Assembly (NCBI RefSeq): GCF_036321535.1
Contig: NC_087437.1
Span: forward strand, 104,658,001-104,722,000
Direction: 5' to 3'
Origin: Camelus dromedarius
Lineage: Eukaryota
DNA: 64,000 nucleotides
The notes beneath the pieces were generated by a model. That model saw nothing but the letters and a program-made list of their open reading frames with translations. It had not been told where the DNA came from and did not search any database. Shown here piece after piece: positions 42,951-53,482 of this stretch. The first letter of the stretch is position 1, and every line of letters begins with the position of its first letter. Position numbers and translations under genes: made by a program.

Positions 42951-45900
42951 AAAGAACACCAATTTACATTATGTTGTATTCATAGTTAAAACTATGAACA
43001 ATCTCTCAAATGTATTAGGTAAAGCATGCATTTTCTTAAAATAATGCAATTTAATATTATAAGAAAAATACTTCTACCTCTATAAGGATAATTTTGACAA
43101 AGTCAATGATAGAATTTTGGCTTTAAGATACACATTTTCAAGCAGCATCTGAAAAAGTGGAGAACAAAATTAACCTTAAAGCAGGAGGAAATAGGATAGA
43201 AATCCTAGTCAAGTAAAATGAAATAAAAAGAAACAGCCACCTACCCTTCAACTCACATCCCTAGTTTTATGATTACAGATACTTTTATAGCCAGATTCTT
43301 TAGATAAAATATGCGTGAAAAGTATTTATGTTATCTAGAGAGAGATTAATCGTGGAAGATACAACCCACACAAATTTACATTTGAAAACTAACATCAATA
43401 CCTAAAATTTATAAAAATAACATAATAAAATGTAGAGACTACCCCTTCAAGTAAAATATGTGCAAAACATACTAACACACCAAGATAAATGCATATTTGA
43501 AGGATATTCTATATGATAAGTGGAATTTATTCCAGAAAAGGAAAGATGATTTACTATAAGAAAAATATGAAGATGAAACAATTTATTAAAAAATTTAGTA
43601 AGGCTGAAACCATCCTGTAGTAGCGAAACCTTAAATTTCATACAGGTGCTAGAAACTAAACTGGTTAACACAGTTGACTAATTTCAGACACCATTTACAT
43701 AATTTTTGTCAGAATTATTTTTCGTATATTTGAGATTTCATGGGAATAACAATGTAGACTCTGGGCCTTTATAAACGGCATAAAGAAAATTCATGGGTCA
43801 ATCTGTACTAGCTTAGATATTTCATTACTTTATAATTCCTTGCTATCTCAGCAAAGAAACTAAACATTTAAAGAAAAGTTTTAGAACCACTGAAGAAAAC
43901 TCATGAATAGTTCATTCTGGAAGAAATCAAATCCAACCATTAAATCCTAAAGTCAAGTAAGATAGCAAAATAATCACTTATATATTAGCCTAGCTGAGTC
44001 AAAAATCACTAGCAATTTAGAAAGGCTTTGAATGCGTCATTTGTATATGATTTCTTCTTGGGAGCTTTAGTGTACTCAACACCCTGGAAAATCTTACAAA
44101 AATCACAACAATCATCATCCACATAAGTCTTTGTTGTGCTGCAGTCACAATCTTTTCTTTTAAGGAATATTATCTCAGAAGAAATAAGTAATTATTTTCC
44201 ACTTTTTATAGTGATAACAAAACTTGAACATAGAATTTTCAATTTAAATGGACTTTAAAGTATTTTTTAAATTAATTATTTTATTGAATAAATTTGACAT
44301 GTAACATTGCATAAGTTTAAGGTATACAGTGTATTACTTTAATACATTTATGTATTGTAATATGATTGCCAATTTTGCAAATTGATTACATTACATAATT
44401 ATAGTACTATATTGTCATTTATATTCATTATACTGTAAAGTACTTATTTTTTAGTCTTAATGTAATGTACACTAAATACACAAGAAAACCTGTATACATT
44501 GTTTTTTCTAGAAAGAAAGAAATATATGTTTTCAAAATCTGTATTAAAATACAATCAAAATGTCTTAGCAGAATATATATATACTATATGTATGTATATA
44601 TAGCCAATTCTTTTTCAGCTGTCCCCTGAAGCAATGCTCTCTTCTATCCCAAGCCTGTGATGTATGTCATTGTGACTCTTTGCAGGCATTCAAAAATGTA
44701 TTACGAATAAATTAGTATTTAAATAATAGATTGACAGAGTACATTGTTTTAGTCACCAGATGATTCAGATCAAACATCACTATCAATGAAAAAATACTGA
44801 ATTGTACTACAAGTAAATATATGTTTATTTACTTGTATATTTTTACATGTAGGTTCCTATTACTATTTTAACAGTAAAAAGATATAATTATCAAGGTTTT
44901 AAAATAATGAGATAAAGATAAAAGAAATTATTTAAATATTTAATATTTATAAATAAAATTTAATGAATTGTGATTAGTTTTTCACATTCATCTTTAAAAT
45001 TTTTAGTGTAAAATGATGAAATATTGATTTCATGATTTCAAGAGGTGGTTCTTATTTCAGGTTATTTCAAAATTTGTTCTCTAAAAAAATTACAATGAAA
45101 AAACCTCCCAAGTAAAACTATATGTAAATGGAACAAAAGTCTTTTTGACTGGGCTTGCTAAGAATGTTCTCATTCATTTTTCAGTCCCAATCACCTGCTT
45201 TACAAAATGTTTTTAAATATAAGCTATTAAATTTCCATCTTTTCCAATGCCAGTTAGACATTTTTGAGGAAAAAACTCTTATCCAAACTCTTGTTTAATA
45301 AATTTCATTTATCAGATTAGAATTTACTTCTTTCCATATTTTAAATGTGGAGACCTGAGGCCAACTTTCCAAGTTTTACAATTTCTTTTCAGTGGTACAA
45401 CTAGTAAATTTCTGTGTGATATGCGTTCATTTAAATCTCCTTCTCCATATTTTCACATTGCAGTTTAAATAGTCTGCTATTTAAACGTCTTTTAAAAAAA
45501 TCAAAATGACAACATCTACGTCGACCTGCAGCACAAAAACTGCCGTGAATTGCAATATCAGAAAACAAGCATCTGAGGGAGAGGCTCTCTAGCTCTCCTG
45601 ATTGTGGTTGTCCCATCTCTTCTCTAGGATAGCTCTTTAAGATCTAAAATATCTGATCATCTAACATACACTGAGTATGACAGTGTCAACTCTGAATGAA
45701 GTGATGCTTACTTTTAAGAAAAGTTGGTTAAAATTGTAAATTCTAGTATTTCCTTCCAAAGCTGGAATGAGAGTTGTTTGGAAGGGTGTTTCCCAGGAGT
45801 AAACATGGCTACCTCTGGGTAGTGAACTTCTGTGGATCATTTTGCTGTTTCACTTATATTAGTGTATATTGCCTAACATGTTAAGAATAGTAGAGTGCCT

Positions 45901-47734
45901 TTATATATTTTTAAATGCTACCTTCATTTTGAACCTAAAATTTGGCTTCAATTATGTGAAGTATTGCTGAAAGACTCAATGGATTTTGAAGTACTTTCAT
46001 AAGCTTTATTTCATTTAATGCTCACACTACAGAATACAATAAACTACACTGTATTTACTCAAAATTCATATACTTAGAAAAAAATACTGAACTTCAAAGG
46101 GTTGTCATTGCCAGCGGTAATTCAGTATTGTTTCTTCTTTGGTTAAATGAGTGAGAGCGCTAAAGAAATACATGAAGAGATCACAGGCACTGACAGGACC
46201 AGAACTAAAACTCCTACCTCTATTAAGTTACCATTCCAGAATGTAACTCTGATGATACACCACTGAAAGTTCTCTTTACTGCATCTGCCCTGATTTCCTG
46301 CATGTGTCTTTAATCATCATATCCTCAAACTAACTATGAAAAACCATAAATACAATTGGACTTTGTTTCAAAATTGTGAAAATTGGTTAAAATTGGTTTC
46401 AGACACTTTGATGAGTGAATCTTAATTTGTGGAAACGAAATGTCCTTAATAAAATGATGTGTCCTCAAGAAGTAAGCCTGTATTGACTGTGTAGAGATAA
46501 GGGCAATATGAACATTATAAGACAGTTAATTATTAAGTTACTAGGCAGTCTATTTTATTTAGGACAATAAATGCCAAGTTTAACCAAACTGAAAACAGCA
46601 TCCTCCCTATTTCAGAAAAACTAAAATGTGAATCTGAGGCATCAGTAGAATACCTCATGTTTCTGGTTTAATACATCATAGTGTTGGTGTTTTTTTTTTT
46701 AACTCAGATATTATTTTCTTGTAAAGTAGTAAGTGTTGTGACAGCATAGGAGAATTAAATGAAATCTCACCTATTTTAATAGACTAGTATTTCATTAGGG
46801 AGATGGCTTGAATCTGAACTCTAGGATAGAATTGCCCAAAAATGTATTCAGTAAATCAACAGCATCAGAATTCAGGAACACTTCTTAAATTATTCATTTG
46901 TGTGTCCTGTCTCAGAGCTAATGAATTGAAGACTCACTGGATTTGAGGTCTAGAAGTCTGGAGTTCGGAAAAAAAAATTCCCAGATAATTCTTAAAACAA
47001 CTAAATTTGAGATATATTCATGACTTTTGTTGAATCAGTACACGTCTTATCATAATCTTTTTTTAAGAAATCTTATCATATTAATTAAGAAGACATAAAA
47101 TTTATATTTCTTGGTGAAGGTTAGAATTTGTTATTGTAGGAAAGCATCTTTTTATTAACTGGAATAATTGTAGAATTTAATTGTTAGACATTTTGGAAAA
47201 AAGCATCACTCTGCCCACGTATTTACTTCTGTAGTTTTCATCGGACACTTTGTAGTTTATAATTAGATTCAGAAGGAATATTAAAAGAAATGCTAAGTTT
47301 CAATATAATCAATTTATAAAATGCATTTAATGACATTAATGTCTTCAAAATGCTAAAATGCTATCTGCAAGTATCAGACTAAGTAATCTTTAGTCATTGT
47401 TGAATTCAGTATGTTGTATTTACATGCCACCAAGTTAATAATCTCAAAACACTATTTTCATCATTGCCTTCACCAACCTTCAATGCTTAGATAATTTCAT
47501 CTCTTTAACCATGTAACACAGGATCACGTAATACAGGATCGAAATGAAGAACTCAGTGAAAGCAAAGGTACCGAAAAGCTTGCTACCTTTTGGCAGACTT
47601 TTTAATCTGGGAAGTTGAGCTATGGTAAGGAAGCAGGATAGTGGGAGACTAAGCTGGACCAAGTATTTATTCAATAATCCTTTTCTTTGTACTAAACATC
47701 TTAATTTAGTGTTCATTTCACACTGAGTATTTTG

Positions 47735-48105
47735 ATACAGATTGGGAATGCGCAGGTAAAGCTATTTGGTCCTAGGATTTTCTTTGTTAGGTGGTTTGGA
47801 TTACAGATTCAGTCTCTTTACCAGTTACATATCTATTTCAATTTTCTGTTTATTCACAATTCAGTCTTTAGTAGGTTATATGTTTCTAAGAATTTATCAA
47901 GATTTTCCAGCTGGTTGGCATAGTAGTTGCTTATGATTCTTTTTATTTCCGCATTTTCAGTTGTAGTGTCTCTTCTTTCATTCCTGATTTTGTTTGAGCC
48001 CTGTCTTTTTTCTTTATGTGGTTGACAATACTGTGTTGTACACTTAAAAATGTGTTTATCATGGTAGCTCTCATGTTAAGTGCTCTTACCATGATAAAGA
48101 ATAAT
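47735..48105. mobile_element. L1MA-type fragments: antisense ORF2 piece joined to a sense 3' end
   Basis: 47735-48018 reads as antisense ORF2 ('ggtcctaggattttctttgtt', 'tctaagaatttatc'). 48020-48105 reads as a sense L1MA 3' terminus ('aatactgtgttgtacacttaaaaat...tcatgttaagtgctcttacca'). Confidence 0.55.
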
Positions 48106-49982
48106 TAATAATATATATATAGAAAAATAATGCACAAGTGAACCTAGTAATTGTGGTTCTCATTTAGACAACTAAGGCAGTGGGAAAAGAATAAAAATAA
48201 TGACTGCAGAAAAAGTAATAAAGGATGATGAATTAAGGAGATGTAGTGATCGTTGGAGGCAGTGCTTAGAGAAGGAATGTGTTTGACGTATCAAAGTGGA
48301 CTAACTGACATGATCAATTCTACTTTTTCAAAGAATCACCTTTGCTTCTCTAATGAGAACTATCTGTGGAGAAGCAGAAGCAAGCAGACTATTCAGTAAT
48401 GTAGGAAAAAAAAAATAACTGTAGCTCAGAAGTAGAAAAGGATCATATTTTGAGTCTATCTGAAGGTGTTGCTAACAGAATTTCCCACTAAAGTGGATAT
48501 AAAGTGAAGCCAGAGATGCAAAGTTTTCCTTAAACTAAGACAGGAACTTCTGCAGTGTGGCACCAGTCAAATGGGTGTTTAAGACCAGCTTCCTGCATGA
48601 ATGACCACGTTTATAATAGGGAAAACATTCACCTAGCTTAATTCTCCTGAATTACCCACGTTTAATTCTGCCATCCTATATTAACCAGTAATAATGTCTG
48701 CATTCAATTTCAAAAGTGAGTAGAATAGGAAAATAAATTATATGGACACCCTATTCACTGAGATCTACTGGATTGTATTAAATAGATCCTGAACTCCAGA
48801 CATATATATATATATATATGTACAAATAGCTATTCAGTAGCATAGACATCTTTATATATTTTCATTTTAAAATTTTCAAAACTTAGAACCTGAGATCCCT
48901 TCAAAAAAAAAGATAATCTGTTACATATTCGTATTTTGGTGACAACTAACTTAAAACTTAGAGCATGTGGAGATTTGGCCCCACAAACATGCATTTTCAG
49001 TTAATCATCTGGATAATTATTTCTTAAGGTAAAACGTTAGAAGCAGTGGTCCATGACAGCCAATAAATAACCAGTTAATTTTATATAATAATTAGGATCT
49101 GTTGTCTATATAATTAGAATGTGTATGTGTAGAAATAGTTGGAAAGGAGTTTTCACTATCCCTTCAGGAATTTTCAACAGAAATTGAAAGCCAAAGCATA
49201 TTTCATCAGTCATCAGTACTGTATTTAATTTATATAATTTATTAGATACATATTTCATTTTCAAAAGTAAATTTAAAGTGACATAAACACACAAAACATA
49301 GAGATTAGAAAACCATTCCAACAAAGGGAATAGGAAGGAAATATGCTAATTAGAAGAGTGTGCAAAACAGATATAGTGCATCAAATTTAGTTCAACACTT
49401 CACAATAACCTGAGCAAAGAATATATTAAATATTTATCATTATCACAAATCATAAAATATATAATCTTCATTTATAACTTGGATAACGTGGTATCTACTT
49501 GAGTCACAACTATGCTGTTTCATTTAATCAATCATAGATACACCTTTAAATTACTTAAAAACTGTAAGCTTGATTATTTAAGCAAATAACTAATTGAGGA
49601 AAATGTAGTTTATCGTTGGCTTCCAGTTAGTAAGACAGTAATTGTATTATTTTAAATACCTATCAAATGCAATATTTTCTTTAGAATAAACAAATCTCAG
49701 ACTAACACAATCTATAGTAAGAGATGAAAAATGTATACCAAATTATCATTTATTGGTGAATTAAGTACAAAGTAGACTAGTCTAGAAATTCAAGTTTTAC
49801 TTTATTTTTTTCGTGATACAGTTTCAAACAATGTTCTTCCTGGTGTGTGTTTGAATGTTTATGTGTGAGTATGTTTTAATATATAAAGATATATTAGAAT
49901 CTATGATTTGTACTGTGACTTTCCTTTTGCCTCAGGATTATGTTTACAAACCAAGTATTCCCTGCTTACTCTGGGTTTATGG

Positions 49983-50614
49983 TGATGCAGGAAAACAGAT
50001 ATGGGCATGAGGAGGGCCGTGACCCAGGTATCAGTTGAGCCCCTGAGACATGCCCTGCCAAGTGTGAGTCCTTGGCTTAATGCAGGAAAGAATTCAAGAG
50101 TGAGCCACAGTTGAGTGAAGGTAAATTTCTTCAGAGAGATACACTGAAAGGCAAGAGAAAGGCCACAAGGTGTTGGAGTTGGGAGCTCAGATTAAAAGTA
50201 GGTGCACATTCCAAAGACAGAGCGTGGGCCATCTCCAAAGAAGGAGAGAGAGGGGCAGCCACGAGACACCGTGTTGCTGGATTTTATGGGCTTGGTGGCT
50301 TCATGTGCTAATAAGTGGAAGGACCAGTCTAAGTAGCCTGCAGAAGGGGCTGGGATTCCCAGGAAGTTGGCCATTTCCCACTCTTTGACCTTTTGTGGCC
50401 AGCCTTGGGACTGCCATGGTGCCTGTGGGGATGTTATTCACCATGTTAATATATTACAATGAGCGTATAATGAAGCTCAAGATCTACTAGAAGTTAAATC
50501 TCTCATCATCCTGAGCCTCAAGGTCTACTGGGGGTTGAATCTTTCACCGTTTTGATGTCAATTGCTGTATCATTCCTTGAATGGCTGTGCCCTGCCCCCT
50601 TCCATCCTGTCTCA
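49983..50614 (-). mobile_element. ERV1-class solo LTR (632 bp)
   Basis: TG...CA termini with a 4-bp TSD ATGG at 49979-49982 and 50615-50618. Viral sense begins tgagacaggatggaagggggcagggcacagcc. Confidence 0.85.
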
Positions 50615-51753
50615 ATGGTATGATCCATAGTATTCAGTGTCTTCGAGAACACTGAACTATTTCATAACCCTTTGGGGCAAAAATGTTTAGAAGAGAAAAA
50701 ATTATAATTACAAGTAATGTATAACGAGAAGTAAGATTTTCATGCTTCATCTGATTTCTATACCTAAAGAAATATATGAACTCAGTTTATAAACTCCAAA
50801 AGCAGTTTAAAAGTTGTCCTTTGGCCTCACAGTTGTCTTAATTGTTTGAATTCAGTCTCGTTATCTGCATTTCAGTTCTGTGCAGATATCCTTACATTTA
50901 AATGTTCTTTACCTGGGAAACTAAAGGATAATAAATTTTTGTTTCGTAAAACAGGTGATAGAAGAGCAATTATTATACATTAAACTTCTCAGTAATGACT
51001 AGTTCTTAGTGTAGGGAAAATACCACAGGGAGCACATTTCAGTTTACTCAAAGTATGAAAGATTTTTTAAAAAATTGAATCATTACAGATAATAGGTCTT
51101 CTATCCTTTTGAAGTTTACAGCATTTAAAACAAGGCCTTCAGAAAAAGAGAAACATTTAAAACAATTGTTGAACACCCACAACCCACTTGAAAGCACTAG
51201 AGTAATTCAGGACCTAAAATCTGCAAGTCTGTAGTTCAAAATTGATACTGTAAATTACTACTTCTGGAAAAGCATTTTGAATATTAATAGAGATTCAATA
51301 CATTTATATTTACTTACTTGACAAAATATTTAGATATATATTACATGAAAAATTCAACTCCTCACCAATTATGTTTTATTAAGCATCAACATAAAGCCAA
51401 GTATGTTACTAATTAACAATGGGCATAAAGAATATGCACATGATACTGGCATTCATGACAAAAAACAGAAAAGAGCCATGGAATAGTGTGAGAAGAGACT
51501 AGGGAAGGAGAGGAGTCTGTATTGATGGCCCATTTTGAAGCAGGGAGTGGGTATAAACGTGCTCCTTGTATGGGGTCTTTTAATATTACCCTAAAACTGT
51601 ATTTTTTAAATATTTGCTCAAAATTCATTTAAACTCTTTAACAAAAAAAAAAAATCTTAGTTTTATAAATTATTTCCAAAAACGCATGGTTAAAAAAAAA
51701 AAAAAACACTTAAGCCAGTAGGAATTGTAAATACAGCATTTAGTGAAAGGAAG

Positions 51754-52205
51754 TGTTACGGAAACGACAGGCCAGCCAAGAAACAAGCACCACTCGGAGG
51801 GTTGGAGTACTCAGATGTATTACGCCGGCGGGCTCAGAGGGGCTTCTGCTCCGAAGCTCTGAGCACCTTCAAGACGTGCACATGAGGTTTTATAGGGTAA
51901 AGTACAAGCTTGGGGTGTTCGGCCAATAGGCATGGAACAGCTTTAGCAGCATCATCATCACAAAAGTGGAGGCGGGGAGGCAGCAAACCAACATTCCAAA
52001 GCCAGATATGTATCTTTGAAAATCCAGCTGGCTAGCAAAAAAACATGAACAGCAAACCAACGCTAATTAACCAAATTTACAAGTTAGTCCGGCAGAACTC
52101 AGATCAGTATTCCAATACTTAGACTTGTTAGCACAGCCCAGCCTCTCCTTCACATTCCTAGACCTGTGAGTTATCTTGTTAGTCCAGCCTGGTTTTTCCT
52201 TCACA
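51754..52205 (-). repeat. 3' LTR (452 bp)
   Basis: TG..CA ends, TATAAAA at 51888-51894 and AATACA at 51816-51821 (viral sense). It differs from the 5' LTR by 8 substitutions and 1 indel. Confidence 0.97.
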
Positions 52206-52217
52206 TTCCCCCCTCTT
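52206..52217 (-). promoter_or_regulatory. Polypurine tract
   Basis: AAGAGGGGGGAA immediately precedes the 3' LTR in viral sense. Confidence 0.9.
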
Positions 52218-52803
52218 GATGCTTTCACAACTCTAGTTGGAGTAACATCATCACTTATCTGTTGCAGGGGCTCATAATTAGAGGCTAACATCTGAAGTTT
52301 TATAGCCTCTATCCACTCACTGACAAAGTGGGTCAGGAAGTTTAGGACACAGGGCCCAAACAGCAGAACTGCAAAAATCAGGAGTAAGGGGCCTATGAAC
52401 AGTGCCAGCCAGGGGGTCCATGGGCTCTTATTTAAAATATGTTTTCTCTTTTTACTCGGTCTTGTAACTCTTGAACCATCTCTCTGACAATTTCTGATTG
52501 ATTGGCATAAAAACAGCACTCTTCGTTTTAGGAAGAGGCATAGTCCCCCCTCTTTGGCCGTGAGTAAGGTACAGATCCCTCCTGTTTTGTAAGACCACCT
52601 CGGCCAGAGAGTCAATCTGATTTTGCAGAGTTCCCAGGGTTTCTGTTATTTGTTGGAGATCGTGGCTGAATTCACCTGTAAGCTGAAAATACAGGTTGGT
52701 ACATGGACCATTTGTCACCCGGTTCCATGCAGGTGCATTGTACAGCCAAGGAGAGTGAGGGCATTAGCGTCAGTAACATCAGCCTTATGATTATCTTAGA
52801 CAT
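52218..52803 (-). pseudogene. env: env remnant: signal peptide plus TM subunit, SU almost entirely deleted, frameshifted
   Basis: A hydrophobic leader MSKIIIRLMLLTLMPSLSLAVQC is followed by the heptad/ISD region LQNQIDSLAEVVLQNRRDL and LTAKEGGLCLFL..CCFY in shifting frames. The membrane anchor is WLALFIGPLLLIFAVLLFGPCVLNFL and there is a YEPL motif. Confidence 0.9.
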
Positions 52804-52918
52804 GATGCTGCAGTGATGGCACTAATTATAACAAGATATAAAGTAGCTATCAGGAGTCTATGGCCTATGTTCCAGTCAGGTGGGGCGGCGCTAGCTAGCC
52901 CCACTGCTAATACGCAGA

Positions 52919-53482
52919 CTAGTATAGCAAACAAGGAAAGAGGCAAGGGAGCACAAAATTAATACATTTAACAGCTGCGTTGAGCTTTCCTCGAGCTTCG
53001 GCCGTGCGTTGACTAGCCAGCTTCCAGGTGTGGCTAGAGCAGGGCTTGTCGATTCCTTTCTGGTCCCTCTTGATCTTGATCTTGAGTGGGTCTCCCTGGA
53101 CACTCTCAATTTTCCAGGGACCCTCTGTCTGAGGTGAAGTCGCTCTCTTAACCCTGGAGAGGTGGATCCAAGGGATGATTCCTGCAACTTTAACAGCTGT
53201 AGGGGTAGTTAATACCACTGAATATGGTCCCTTACAGTGAATAACGGCATGTGTCACTAGATGGCCCCCTACTTGACAGGATCGTGGTTGGCAGAAATGG
53301 CGGGCAGTTGATTCCCCAGTAGCCCCTATAATAGTCACCTTTTTCTGGGTCAGGGAGGCTACAGGTTGGGTCACCACAGAATACTCTGCTCCTGTGTCTA
53401 CCATAAAAGTCATTGGTTGGCCCCCTATAAACATCTTGACCTTGGGCTCCCGGGGGCCCAGGAGCAGGGAGCGCAGTCTCTC
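52919..53482 (-). pseudogene. pol: pro-pol remnant: protease N-terminus fused in frame to a 5-codon RNase H-like piece and the integrase C-terminus
   Basis: FMVDTGAEYS is the aspartic protease active site. AVIHC is followed by KGPYSVVLTTPTAVKVAGIIPWIHLSRVK (integrase GPY/F module). The frame continues from the gag TAG, an MLV-type read-through arrangement. Confidence 0.9.

Noticed and set aside
52218..52803. Co-opted syncytin-like env gene
   Set aside because: SU is almost wholly deleted and TM is frameshifted several times.
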